The notes: generated by a model not told the origin, from the sequence alone. DNA of 64,000 bases from an uncultured Mageeibacillus sp. (GCA_964346175.1 CAYFTG010000003.1:1-64000); one strand, 5' to 3'; shown: positions 45,123 to 55,094, counted from the first letter of the stretch. A program made the numbers and translations.

Positions 45123-47102
45123 ATGACACAACACTATAACAATGAGAGTATTTCCTCTTTGAAGGGAGCGGACAGAGTTCGTCTGCGTCCTAGTGTAATT
45201 TTTGGATCTGATGACTTGCGTGGTGCTCAGCAAGCCTTCTTTGAGATATTGTCCAACTCCATCGACGAAGCTCGTGCCGGCTATGGCGATCTTATTTCCA
45301 TCACCCGCTTTAAAGATTATTCCATCTTGGTTGAAGACCACGGTCGCGGTATACCTTTGGACTACAATCAGAAAGAGGAACGCTATAACTGGGAGCTGGT
45401 TTATTGTGAATTATATGCCGGCGGCAAGTATAAGACTAACCTAGGAGAAAACTATGAATACAGTCTGGGCTTGAATGGTCTGGGAGCTTGCGCTACACAA
45501 TATGCTTCGCGCTTTTTCGACGTTGAAGTTACTCGTGACGGCTTTGTTTACGAGCTGCATTTCGAACGCGGAGAAAATGTCGGAGGTCTCAAGAAGACGG
45601 AGACTAAGTCGCGACGCACCGGAACAAAGCAGCACTTTTTACTTGACTATGATGTTTTGACAGATATTAAAATTCCTACAGAGTTTTTCTTGGAGACACT
45701 CAAACAGCAGGCGATAGTAAATAGCGGAATAGTTTTTGAGTTTAAGGACGAAATTAGTGGGGAAGAGGTCCAGTACTCGTACCCTGACGGCATCTTGGCT
45801 TATGTTAGAGAAATTAATCAGGAACAAGGCAGATTGAGTGAATCCTTTTCTTTCAAAGGCGAGGGCAAGGGTAGAGATCGCTCCGACAGGGATGAGTACC
45901 GCGTCAACGCGACCGTCGCTTTCGCTTTTAATAACGAAAGTAATCTCTTGTCCTACTACCATAACTCTTCGCCACTTGAGTATGGTGGCTCTCCTGATCG
46001 CGCTGTTCGTTCAGCCTTTGTTTCTGTCTTCGACGATTGGCTCAAACAGGAAAACAAGTATAAGAGCAATGAGAGCAAGATCAGTTTTGCAGATATTGAG
46101 GACAGCTTGATACTTGTTACCAGCTCTTTTTCTACTATTACCAGCTATGAGAACCAAACCAAGCGCTCGATTAACAATCGCTACATTCAGCGCTTTTTGA
46201 CGGAATTAATCCGCAACAAATTAACTATCTGGTTTATTGAACACCGGGAAGCAGGCTTACGTGTGCTGGATCAAGTTTTAATCAATAAACGTAGCCGCGA
46301 AAAAGCTGAAAAAATGCGCATCAGTGTCAAAAAGAATCTAATGACATCCATGGATTTCACAAACAAACCGCGTTTGTTCGTTGACTGTCGCTCGCAGGAC
46401 GTTAACGAACGTGAGCTATATATCGTAGAGGGCAACTCAGCTCTTGGATCTGTAAAAATGGCACGCAACGCTGATTTCCAGGCAGTAATTCCGGTAAGGG
46501 GCAAAATCCTTAATTGCCTTAAAGCAGATATTCGTTCCATCTTGAACAGCGACATCATCATGGATCTGATTAAAGTATTAGGTTGTGGTGTTGATCTCGG
46601 CAATAAACAGGTGAAAAACGTTGCTCAATTTGATATCTCACGGCTGCGCTGGAATAAAGTAATCATCTGTACCGATGCCGACGTAGACGGCTTTCAGATT
46701 CGTACTCTGATCTTAGCTATGTTTTTCAGGATAATGCCGCAGCTGCTGAAAGAGCATAAAATATTTATCGCCGAGTCCCCTTTATTTGAAATAACACACA
46801 ATAAAGGCAGTTTGGAAACAACCCATTTCGCCTATACCGATCGTGAAAAGGATCGAATTGTAACGGAGCTTGACAGCGGGAAGGTGCACATCCAACGCTC
46901 CAAAGGCTTAGGCGAGAATGAGCCGGAAATGATGTGGCAGACAACAATGAATCCGGAAACCCGACGTTTAATTGAAGTTGTGCCTGAAAGCAAGGATGTT
47001 GCTGAAGAGACTTTCGAACTACTTTTGGGTAGAAGTGTAGTTGAGAGGCGTGCTTATATAGAAAATCACGGCCACGAATACGTAGATATGCTGGACATTT
47101 AG
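45123..47102 (+). CDS. parE: Type IIA topoisomerase B subunit, most likely topoisomerase IV ParE.
   Basis: GHKL ATPase motifs (EILSNSIDE, GLNGLGA), a TOPRIM domain (YIVEGNSALGS, PVRGKILN, ICTDADVDGFQI) and a C-terminal tail. The start is reassigned to MTQHYNN (GGAGGA RBS). The track ORF from 45003 overlaps the tRNA promoter. Confidence 0.8.
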   Translation: MTQHYNNESISSLKGADRVRLRPSVIFGSDDLRGAQQAFFEILSNSIDEARAGYGDLISITRFKDYSILVEDHGRGIPLDYNQKEERYNWELVYCELYAGGKYKTNLGENYEYSLGLNGLGACATQYASRFFDVEVTRDGFVYELHFERGENVGGLKKTETKSRRTGTKQHFLLDYDVLTDIKIPTEFFLETLKQQAIVNSGIVFEFKDEISGEEVQYSYPDGILAYVREINQEQGRLSESFSFKGEGKGRDRSDRDEYRVNATVAFAFNNESNLLSYYHNSSPLEYGGSPDRAVRSAFVSVFDDWLKQENKYKSNESKISFADIEDSLILVTSSFSTITSYENQTKRSINNRYIQRFLTELIRNKLTIWFIEHREAGLRVLDQVLINKRSREKAEKMRISVKKNLMTSMDFTNKPRLFVDCRSQDVNERELYIVEGNSALGSVKMARNADFQAVIPVRGKILNCLKADIRSILNSDIIMDLIKVLGCGVDLGNKQVKNVAQFDISRLRWNKVIICTDADVDGFQIRTLILAMFFRIMPQLLKEHKIFIAESPLFEITHNKGSLETTHFAYTDREKDRIVTELDSGKVHIQRSKGLGENEPEMMWQTTMNPETRRLIEVVPESKDVAEETFELLLGRSVVERRAYIENHGHEYVDMLDI

Positions 47103-47111
47103 GAGCAGTTA

Positions 47112-49343
47112 ATGACGCAAGACGAGAATCTAATCATAGAAAAGACAGAGACAGCAGCAGTTATACCTGTAACTGTCTCTAACACGCTTTATGACAACTA
47201 TATGCCCTACGCCATGAGCGTAATTGTTTCTCGGGCTATACCTGAAATTGACGGCTTTAAGCCGGCACATAGAAAATTACTTTACACAATGTATAAGATG
47301 GGACTTATGTCCGGTCCACGCTCCAAGTCAGCAGACATCGTCGGCCAGACGATGCAGCTTAACCCTCACGGCGACCAAGCTATCTACGAGACCATGGTAC
47401 GCCTGACGCGAGGAAATGGCACCTTGTTGCATCCCTGGATCGATTCTAAGGGCAACTTCGGCAGTGTTACGTCAAGAGACATGCAGTATGCTGCTTCGCG
47501 TTACACTGAGGCGCGTCTCGACCCTTCTTGCATTACTATTTTCGACGGTTTGGATCGTAACGCTGTTGATATGATCGACAACTATTCCGGAACTATGAAG
47601 GAACCTAGACTCTTACCGGCACAATTTCCCACCATACTGGTAAACAGCAATCAGGGTATAGCCGTAGGTATGGCGAGTAATATTTGTTCCTTTAATTTGC
47701 GCGAAGTCTGCAACGCTACGATCGCTTTCTTAAAAGATCCCAAAACAGATTTATTGGAGCACATGCCTGCTCCGGATTTCTCAACAGCTGCTGAAATTAT
47801 TTATGATCAAGATGTCATGCGCGAGATTTACGAAAGCGGCCGCGGATCATTCAAAATTAGAGGCACTGCCGAAATAAATCGCAAAGACAGAACCATAGAG
47901 ATCAGGGAGATTCCATATACCACAACGATTGAGACCATCATTGACGATATCTCTGAACAGATAAAGAAGAACCGTTTGCAGGACATTACTAACGTGCGCG
48001 ATGAAACAGACCTGAATGGCTTGTGCATCAGCATTGAATATAAGAGCACAGCAGACCCGGACGTTCTATTACATAAGCTCTACGAAAGCACTTCACTTGA
48101 ACATTATTTTTCTTGCAATTTCAACATTTTAATTGATAATAAACCCCGTGTCATGGGTGTCCGAGAAATCCTGGACGAGTGGGTCAAATGGCGCATGTCT
48201 TGCATTAAGCGCGAGACGAATTATTCTCTAGAAAAAAAGCGAGAGCGTTTACATCTCTTGCGGGGGCTAGAGGCGATACTCCTCGATATTGACCTGGCCA
48301 TCCAGGTTATTCGCAATACCGAGAAAGAACGCGATGTCATTCCGCGCTTGATGAAGGCTTTTTCTATTGATCAGCTGCAGGCAGAGTTGGTAGCGGAGAT
48401 CAAACTCCGCAATCTCAACCGCGAACACATAATCCGCCGACTTGATGATATTAAAAAGTTATTGGCCGAGATCGAAGATCTAGAAAAGTTGGAAAGCAGC
48501 GCCAAACGGCAGCGTAAACTCATAGCAGACCAGCTGAAAGCTATTGCCACAAAGTATGGCCGTGAACGTCTGACGCGCCTAGTTGATCCTGAAGACATAG
48601 AAGTCCCGGAAATCACGGAACTCATTCCGGACTACAATATTCGTATTTTCTTGACTGAAGAAGGCTACTTCAAAAAATTGGCTTTAACTTCATTGCGAGG
48701 AAATTTTGAGCTCAATCTCAAGGAGAATGACCGCATCATAATAGAGGAAGAGGCGACTAATCAGTCCGAGCTTATTTTCCTGACCAATAAAGCGAATGCC
48801 TACAAAATGATGGCTTGGGAAATTGAAGACTCACGACCCTCTTTGTTAGGTGAGTACACGCCCAACCTTTTGGACTTGGAGGATGGTGAGTACGTTGTGT
48901 GCGTGCATGCCGCCATTGAGCCTTTCGAAGGTGAGTTTATCGCTATCTTCGCTAACGGTAAGGGCGTACGCTTTGATGCCCATCATTTCGAAACAAAACA
49001 AAACCGCAGGAAGCTGATTAACGCTTTCAGCGATGCATCAGAGGTTAGGCTTATTCGCTACCGTCCACCAGAAGAAGATCCCAGCTTCGCACTGCAGACA
49101 GAAAAAGGCAAAATGCTGATTTTTGACAGCTCACAACTTACCTATAAAAAGACTAGGTCTGCGCAAGGTGCTGCTATTATCCGCGGTGCTAAAAAAGATC
49201 CGATTGTCAAAGTCGTTCCTTTCGAACAGATAAAGAACGAAATCGAGGAGGAAGAATACTATCGCGTCCAGAATCTCCCCGGATCCGGTCGCTATATCAA
49301 AGAGAAAACTCTGGAAGGTCGTCAGCTCAGCCTGCTTGAATAA
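47112..49343 (+). CDS. parC: Type IIA topoisomerase A subunit, most likely topoisomerase IV ParC.
   Basis: YAMSVIVSRAIPEIDGFKPAHRKLLY, and the catalytic Tyr in AASRYTEARL. No GyrA-box (QRRGGKG) is found in the C-terminal domain. The Firmicutes-typical parE-parC adjacency is present, away from dnaA. Confidence 0.8.
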   Translation: MTQDENLIIEKTETAAVIPVTVSNTLYDNYMPYAMSVIVSRAIPEIDGFKPAHRKLLYTMYKMGLMSGPRSKSADIVGQTMQLNPHGDQAIYETMVRLTRGNGTLLHPWIDSKGNFGSVTSRDMQYAASRYTEARLDPSCITIFDGLDRNAVDMIDNYSGTMKEPRLLPAQFPTILVNSNQGIAVGMASNICSFNLREVCNATIAFLKDPKTDLLEHMPAPDFSTAAEIIYDQDVMREIYESGRGSFKIRGTAEINRKDRTIEIREIPYTTTIETIIDDISEQIKKNRLQDITNVRDETDLNGLCISIEYKSTADPDVLLHKLYESTSLEHYFSCNFNILIDNKPRVMGVREILDEWVKWRMSCIKRETNYSLEKKRERLHLLRGLEAILLDIDLAIQVIRNTEKERDVIPRLMKAFSIDQLQAELVAEIKLRNLNREHIIRRLDDIKKLLAEIEDLEKLESSAKRQRKLIADQLKAIATKYGRERLTRLVDPEDIEVPEITELIPDYNIRIFLTEEGYFKKLALTSLRGNFELNLKENDRIIIEEEATNQSELIFLTNKANAYKMMAWEIEDSRPSLLGEYTPNLLDLEDGEYVVCVHAAIEPFEGEFIAIFANGKGVRFDAHHFETKQNRRKLINAFSDASEVRLIRYRPPEEDPSFALQTEKGKMLIFDSSQLTYKKTRSAQGAAIIRGAKKDPIVKVVPFEQIKNEIEEEEYYRVQNLPGSGRYIKEKTLEGRQLSLLE

Positions 49344-49345
49344 TT

Positions 49346-51223
49346 ATGGATGGATTAAACTTCTCTTCCAGCTTTAATAGACGTCGAAAAAGAAAAGCCC
49401 TTCTGTTAGCTAGCGTCATAGTACTAATGCTTGCATTATTGCTTTTTTTTCTGCTCCGCAATAGGCAAGCAAACGCAGATTTGAAAGCTGCTTATGAAAA
49501 GGCTTCAGTCCAGGCTGATTTCGATGAAATTCTTGCTATTCACGCAGAGGCACAAATCATTATTGCAGATTCTTCAGACAAAAACTCCGAGTCTGAGTCC
49601 GCCTTGCTGGCAGAAACAGTACGACTGCGAGACAAAATAGAAGCAGAACTGGCAGAATTCACGCAGAGTCGGATTGAATCCGTAAAAGGTGGCCATTCTT
49701 TGTCTGAAGAAGATGTAGAGAAGCTCTCCCTCAGCATGACGATCGTCGGTGATAGTAGTCTGGAGCAAGTTGACCTTGTGCTTCAAGATTATCTATTGGA
49801 TGTCATTAGCGAGGCTGAGTATAAGCATTTTCTGGAAACACTTTATCCTGTCCAAGGATTCCAGCGTTTTCTACAAGAGCAAGTAAGTGATTTTTATACG
49901 ATAAGAGATTTCAAAGCAAAACTCGCACCGGCATGTCAACTCCTACTGGAGGCCGAATATATTGAGGCGGCGAACGGCTTTGCAGAGCTAAAGGGCACAG
50001 ATTATGCACAGATCAGGGCAGTGGATCGGATCTTGGACGATCTCAGAGCTGAGTCATTAGATCACCTCTTCGCTTTACACATGCCGGAAATTGAACGTTT
50101 AATGGAGTCCGGCAGATCTTACGATGCTGACTTGATTATTGAATCTATCATTGATTACTTGCCTGATAGAGCGGCATTGACAGAGGCCAAGGCGGCTAAT
50201 GATAAGCTACTGCCGGCCAGTGTTGTTAATTGGAGCAATCCGATAGATGCTATCTCTGTAAAGCCGTTGATTGCGGATCCAGACCGCGCTTTTGATAATG
50301 ATCGCTACTCAGAAATGGCGAATAAAGAATTGCTGACAACAGCTGAGTTTCGTCTGCTCTTAGAAGTCCTGTATCAAAACGACTATGTTTTAGTTCATGC
50401 AAATGAAATTGTGGATGAAGACGGCAAACTACAGTCTATAATAGCTCCTGCCGGCAAAAAACCTCTATTGCTCTTTCTGGATGAGTTCTATTTCACACCG
50501 GAGAGAATTGAAAGCGGAGTTTGTGCCAGGCTTGATTTGAATGCTAAGCAGGAAGTAGTTGGTGTTGTCCAAGATCGCATGGGTGGGGAAGAGTTTAGCG
50601 ACAATGCTACAGCTATCAACGTGTTGGAGAACTTTCTGCAAGAACATCCGGATTTTTCCTTTAACGGGGCCAAAGGTGTCATTGTCTTGTCCGGAATAGA
50701 CGGCCTCTTAGGTTATCCCTTGCTTCCGGAGCAGTCGGCTCGTCAGCAACAACAAGCTCAAAACACCGGCCTTGAGTTCCAACAAAATACTCTCGCTAAT
50801 TTGGATGCCAATCGGGAAACGCTGACTAAGATTTTTACTGCTCTTAGGGAGAGACAATGGCTCTTTGCTTCGCAATCATACGGCAGGCTGTCTATACCTG
50901 ATTACAGTCTAGATGCTATCAGCGCTGACACTGAGCGGATGCATGATCTGACTGTCGAATTATGTGGACCCCTAGAGATCTTCTCCTTCACCGGGGGGAA
51001 TCACGCGGAAGGGCAGCACATGCTGACAAAGCACTTAGCAGAATCCGGTTTCCGCTTGCAGTCAGGCTCCGCAGCACCTTACGCGTACACCATTCAAAAA
51101 AATGCTTATGTCTATCTGGACAAACAGCAGATAACGGCTGACAAACTCCGTTATCCGCTGTCTGATGCTGTATCAAAATTGGTGGCAGATAGACAAATAA
51201 TCACTGAGACTAAGCGTCCCTAA
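49346..51223 (+). CDS. Hypothetical 625-aa protein with an N-terminal signal-anchor and a large extracytoplasmic domain.
   Basis: The N-terminal basic stretch RRRKRK is followed by the hydrophobic helix LLLASVIVLMLALLLFFLL. No recognisable catalytic motifs. It starts 2 nt after the parC stop. Confidence 0.4.
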   Translation: MDGLNFSSSFNRRRKRKALLLASVIVLMLALLLFFLLRNRQANADLKAAYEKASVQADFDEILAIHAEAQIIIADSSDKNSESESALLAETVRLRDKIEAELAEFTQSRIESVKGGHSLSEEDVEKLSLSMTIVGDSSLEQVDLVLQDYLLDVISEAEYKHFLETLYPVQGFQRFLQEQVSDFYTIRDFKAKLAPACQLLLEAEYIEAANGFAELKGTDYAQIRAVDRILDDLRAESLDHLFALHMPEIERLMESGRSYDADLIIESIIDYLPDRAALTEAKAANDKLLPASVVNWSNPIDAISVKPLIADPDRAFDNDRYSEMANKELLTTAEFRLLLEVLYQNDYVLVHANEIVDEDGKLQSIIAPAGKKPLLLFLDEFYFTPERIESGVCARLDLNAKQEVVGVVQDRMGGEEFSDNATAINVLENFLQEHPDFSFNGAKGVIVLSGIDGLLGYPLLPEQSARQQQQAQNTGLEFQQNTLANLDANRETLTKIFTALRERQWLFASQSYGRLSIPDYSLDAISADTERMHDLTVELCGPLEIFSFTGGNHAEGQHMLTKHLAESGFRLQSGSAAPYAYTIQKNAYVYLDKQQITADKLRYPLSDAVSKLVADRQIITETKRP

Positions 51224-51230
51224 GTTAAGA

Positions 51231-52592
51231 TCAGTTGCGAGGAAAAAACTCGTTGTAAAGACCGTGCATGGCGCGGTTCATCTCATATTTCGACATCATA
51301 AAGATGCAACTGATTTCGTGATAGTCGGACAGAACAACTTCGATACTGATATTCTCTCTGGCAATGGCATTTGTAGCTCTGGAAATAACTCCGACAGTGT
51401 CGCGCATACCTTCACCGACAATCATGATAATGGCCAAATTGCGGGTTACGTCTATATCATTAATGCCTAATTCTATTTGCAGGCGATTTCTGAGCAACAA
51501 TTCATCTTCCAATGAGAACTCTGATCCGCGCACGATAACGCTTAAGGAGTCTATACCGGACGGGACGTGTTCGACATTGATATCCAATTCATTAAAAACA
51601 GTTAGTATCTTCAAGAGAATACCGCGTTCTTGATTAAGCAAAACTCGGCGTATGTTAATAGTACAGAAGTCGTCCGAACCCGCAATGCCGGTTACGACAT
51701 TATCCAAATGGGTACGTTCGGCTAGCACCATCGTACCTTCTGCCGAGGGATTGTCCGTGTTGGCTATGCGAACAGGAATTCTGTGGCTGAATAAGGGTTC
51801 CAGAGCTTCAGGATGAATGATCGAAAAACCGATATAGGCCAATTCACGCATCTCACGATAACTCAGCTCCTTGATCGGTTCAGGGTCATTGATCAAGAGG
51901 GGATTGGCGGCATAAACATGATCCATATCAGTCCAGTTCTCATAAAGATCGGCTGATGTGGCCGCAGCCACTATGGCACCGCTAATGTCGGAACCACCGC
52001 GAGAAAAAGTGATTGTATTGCCTTCTTCAGTCCTACCGTAAAAACCCGGAAATACGATCAGTTCGTCTCTTGAGGCCAGAGTACTAAGATTATCGTATGA
52101 TTCGGGAAGGATATGAGTAAGACCGGAGTAGTAAGACAAGACAAGGCCAGCCTCACACGGATCGACCATGGAAACTTTGACACCCTGAGCACTTAAATAT
52201 TCGCTGACTATGCGAGCGGAAATTGCCTCACCTAAGGCAACAATGCCGTCACGATAGATCTTATGATGCACAGTGGTTTCTTCGCTTCTGCGCGCAATTT
52301 CACCCAAAAGCTGATCGGCAATACTGGGATGAAGATCTAATTCAGAGACTAGGGAAAACAAGCGATCACTGATTGCCAACAATTCCATGTTTCCTTCCAA
52401 GCCTGCCCAACGCACATTGGCCAGATCTATAAGAAGATCCGTCATCTTTTTGTCGCCGGGAACATCGGGGCGAATACCGGGTGCGGAAACGACCATAATC
52501 CTTCGATCCGGGTCGGCCAAGAAGATAGAACATGATTTTTTTATCTGTGCTCCGCTTGCTAAGGAAGAGCCGCCAAATTTACAAACTATCAA
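51231..52592 (-). CDS. lysC: Aspartate kinase with C-terminal ACT domains.
   Basis: IVCKFGGSSLASG kinase motif and tandem C-terminal ACT domains. The likely start is TTG (LIVCKFGG), 5 nt after GGAGG. The track's longer GTG start lacks an RBS. Confidence 0.85.
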   Translation of the reverse strand: MIVCKFGGSSLASGAQIKKSCSIFLADPDRRIMVVSAPGIRPDVPGDKKMTDLLIDLANVRWAGLEGNMELLAISDRLFSLVSELDLHPSIADQLLGEIARRSEETTVHHKIYRDGIVALGEAISARIVSEYLSAQGVKVSMVDPCEAGLVLSYYSGLTHILPESYDNLSTLASRDELIVFPGFYGRTEEGNTITFSRGGSDISGAIVAAATSADLYENWTDMDHVYAANPLLINDPEPIKELSYREMRELAYIGFSIIHPEALEPLFSHRIPVRIANTDNPSAEGTMVLAERTHLDNVVTGIAGSDDFCTINIRRVLLNQERGILLKILTVFNELDINVEHVPSGIDSLSVIVRGSEFSLEDELLLRNRLQIELGINDIDVTRNLAIIMIVGEGMRDTVGVISRATNAIARENISIEVVLSDYHEISCIFMMSKYEMNRAMHGLYNEFFPRN

Positions 52593-53136
52593 ACTGAACC
52601 TCCTCGAGTGCTTTAAATATTTTACTCCCACCGATCCAGATCAGAAGTCGCTCCAAAAGTCTTTTTAGTCGAATGTAGAATACTTCTTTCTTACTGATTG
52701 GCTTAGTTAAAATTACAGAAATATTAGCACGTCTTGCTGCTAAAACATCAGTGATCAGTTGATCACCAACCATTATTATCTCACCCTCACTTAAGTCGTT
52801 TCGTTGCATAAACTCTTTTATTGCTTGAGGGGATGGTTTTCTTGCTTCGCTGATACATTCTACATCTAAAGAGCTGCTGAAATTCATCAGTCGGTCAGCT
52901 TTGGCATTGGAACAAACAACCGGTGATAATCCGATGTCTTCGAGTCCGGTCTTGATTTCCATGGCGGATTCGTCTGCAGAGCGTGTTCCATGCGGTACTA
53001 AGGTGTTATCTATATCTAAAAGGACAAAAGCAAATCCCTGACGTTTTAAAGCTGCAAAATCAATATCTTTTACTGATTCTACTATTTTATCCGGAAAAAA
53101 GTAGCACCTTACTTTTTCTCTAATTTTCTTTATCAT
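52579..53136 (-). CDS. yqeG: YqeG-family HAD-IIIA phosphatase.
   Basis: FFPDKIVESVKDIDF...LLDIDNTLV...ARKP...GDQLITDVL matches the YqeG/TIGR01668 pattern. The start is trimmed to MIKKIREK. Confidence 0.7.
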   Translation of the reverse strand: MIKKIREKVRCYFFPDKIVESVKDIDFAALKRQGFAFVLLDIDNTLVPHGTRSADESAMEIKTGLEDIGLSPVVCSNAKADRLMNFSSSLDVECISEARKPSPQAIKEFMQRNDLSEGEIIMVGDQLITDVLAARRANISVILTKPISKKEVFYIRLKRLLERLLIWIGGSKIFKALEEVQFDSL

Positions 53137-53272
53137 TATTTCCCCCTGAATCATTCTAAGCTGAGCAGGCGAATTGCTTGCTAGAGCGTTAGTAATGAAC
53201 TAGAATAAGTCTACTTAGTTGATATATTATCAACTCTAAGCATAATAACAGCAATATAGGTTTGGAGGAATT

Positions 53273-53830
53273 ATGATTAGTGCTGGCGATTTTAGGAATG
53301 GCGTAACTTTTGAAATGGACGGTCAGATTTATCAGGTAGTGGAGTTCCAGCACGTTAAGCCTGGCAAGGGTTCGGCTTTCGTTCGCACCAAATATAAGAA
53401 TTTGAAAACAGGTAGTGTGGTTGAGCGTAGTTTCAATCCGTCTGAGAAATTCGAGCAGGTTCGTTTGGAACGTGCCAATATGTCCTATATCTACAAAGAC
53501 GGTGAGCTCTATTATTTCATGAATACTGAGACCTATGAGCAGTTGCCAATCCATCAGGATCTCCTAGGTGACTCTCTCAAATTCTTAAAAGAAGGAATGG
53601 TCGTTCACATTGTCACTTACAAAGGCGAAATACTTTTAGTAGAATTACCCATTTCGGTCGAGCTCGAAGTTATTCAGAGCGAGCCGGCTGTGCGCGGTGA
53701 TACAGCACAAAGCGCAATGAAAACGGTTGTCATCGAGACCGGTGCGGAGATAAAGGTTCCTATGTTTATAGAAACCGGAGATATTATCCGTATCGATACA
53801 CGTAGCGGAGACTACCTAGAACGGGCCTAG
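53273..53830 (+). CDS. efp: Elongation factor P.
   Basis: [44 protein letters not shown]. Confidence 0.95.
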   Translation: MISAGDFRNGVTFEMDGQIYQVVEFQHVKPGKGSAFVRTKYKNLKTGSVVERSFNPSEKFEQVRLERANMSYIYKDGELYYFMNTETYEQLPIHQDLLGDSLKFLKEGMVVHIVTYKGEILLVELPISVELEVIQSEPAVRGDTAQSAMKTVVIETGAEIKVPMFIETGDIIRIDTRSGDYLERA

Positions 53831-53832
53831 GC

Positions 53833-54243
53833 ATGTCTGAAGACAGAAGACATGTTTCGATTAAGGGCGAGCAAACCATGTCACGTGGTTTTATCGCCCA
53901 ATATGCCGCGGAAGCAGCTTTAGCAACTGCCGGTGTAGCTTCACTCGATCGAAGTGTAGTTGCCAACATCAAAGAAGTCATTGGCTTGGAGCACGAAGGC
54001 ATGGGCGTTCGTGTTTCTTTTCGCACAGAAGATGTTGACGACGTGATTATTACTGTGTATCCCATAATAGATTTCGGCCATGTCTTGCCCGAAGTTGCCT
54101 GGTCAATCCAGGAGAGGGTGAAACGCGATGTAGAATCCTACACAGGCCTGAATGTAGATGCTGTAAATGTGCATGTTGTTGATATTATTTGCAATGATTC
54201 TGAACTCTCAGCTCCTACCGCTGAGGAATTGACCGCAGAATGA
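53833..54243 (+). CDS. Asp23/Gls24 (alkaline shock protein) family protein (YqhY-like).
   Basis: DUF322-type sequence. It lies between efp and nusB, as yqhY does in B. subtilis. Confidence 0.72.
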   Translation: MSEDRRHVSIKGEQTMSRGFIAQYAAEAALATAGVASLDRSVVANIKEVIGLEHEGMGVRVSFRTEDVDDVIITVYPIIDFGHVLPEVAWSIQERVKRDVESYTGLNVDAVNVHVVDIICNDSELSAPTAEELTAE

Positions 54244-54265
54244 GCTTATTCACAGGGGAGACTAT

Positions 54266-54817
54266 ATGAGCACTTTGGTTCGTTTTTTACTGATTTTTTT
54301 CTCGTTGCTACTTGCAGTCGTATTTCTCTTGACCTTTATTATGATAGTCAGCAATGTCGCATTGACAACAGTTCTGACTATGGTCTTGGATATTACGCAA
54401 AAGCAACCGTTACGAACAATCGTTATGGTATTATCCCTGGTCGGATTATTACTTTCCGTCGTCACAATGGTGGTGACGATCCTATCGGGCAGACTGCGTA
54501 AGGCCAGAATCCTTAGCAATCCGATCGGCTCGATTGACATCGGAGTTGATGCAATTGAAAGCATCGCACTGAACGCTGCGAAGGCTTCGCAGTCCGGAGT
54601 CAAATCCGCTAAAGCTCATGTGGCACCATTCAAAGGTAATGCGATCTCGGTCAGTTTAGTAGTGATGGCTTACTCTGATGTGGAAATACCCGCTATGATG
54701 GCCCGCGTCCAAGAACGAGTAAAAAAGGACATTGAAAGTTATACCGGAATTGAAGTTGGCGATGTAAACGTACGCGTAAACCGCGTGGAAGCGATAGCGG
54801 CTCGCGTAGAACGTTAA
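54266..54817 (+). CDS. Membrane-anchored Asp23-like protein (AmaP-like anchor).
   Basis: Two N-terminal TM helices and a C-terminal Asp23-like segment (…VKKDIESYTGIEVGDVNVRV…). Confidence 0.5.
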   Translation: MSTLVRFLLIFFSLLLAVVFLLTFIMIVSNVALTTVLTMVLDITQKQPLRTIVMVLSLVGLLLSVVTMVVTILSGRLRKARILSNPIGSIDIGVDAIESIALNAAKASQSGVKSAKAHVAPFKGNAISVSLVVMAYSDVEIPAMMARVQERVKKDIESYTGIEVGDVNVRVNRVEAIAARVER

Positions 54818-54831
54818 GAGGAGCTGCGTTT

Positions 54832-55074
54832 ATGCCTTCACCCGATATATTTCAGCGAATAAAACAAACGTTAAAGCGCGGTGGCCCTGGCGTTATTGGA
54901 GCTATAGTTGGCTTTTTCTTTGCCTTGATCTGGGTGCGCTTTGGTTTTTTCCGCTTAGTTTTTATCTTGATTTTGACGGCTTTAGGTTACTATATCGGTG
55001 TACGATATTTCAGTGACCGCGAGACAGTCAGACGCTGGTTGGACAAAATATTTCCTCCAGGAAAATTTCGTTAA
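54832..55074 (+). CDS. Small two-TM membrane protein (DUF2273-like) of the Asp23 module.
   Basis: 80 aa, with GAIVGFFFALIWVRFGFFRLVFILILTALGYYIG. Confidence 0.5.
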   Translation: MPSPDIFQRIKQTLKRGGPGVIGAIVGFFFALIWVRFGFFRLVFILILTALGYYIGVRYFSDRETVRRWLDKIFPPGKFR

Positions 55075-55094
55075 TAGACACTAAAGGAGTATAG

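Noticed and set aside
44824-45124. Track ORFs 44824-45006 (+) and 44894-45124 (-), with translations such as GLEPATH... and IEPSRSAW...
   Set aside because: They are translations of the tRNA-Arg and tRNA-Gly genes and their promoter. The cloverleaf structures explain the sequence and there is no coding evidence.
47112-49343. Calling the A subunit gyrA rather than parC.
   Set aside because: There is no GyrA-box in the C-terminal domain, no dnaA/dnaN/recF context, and the Firmicutes-type parE-parC adjacency is present. The ParC assignment is retained.
53217-53235. 8-bp inverted repeat AGTTGATA-tat-TATCAACT in the yqeG/efp divergent region.
   Set aside because: It coincides with a TTGATA -35 and an AT-rich spacer of the likely efp promoter, so it is probably an incidental promoter sequence. 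It is mentioned only as context in a finding.
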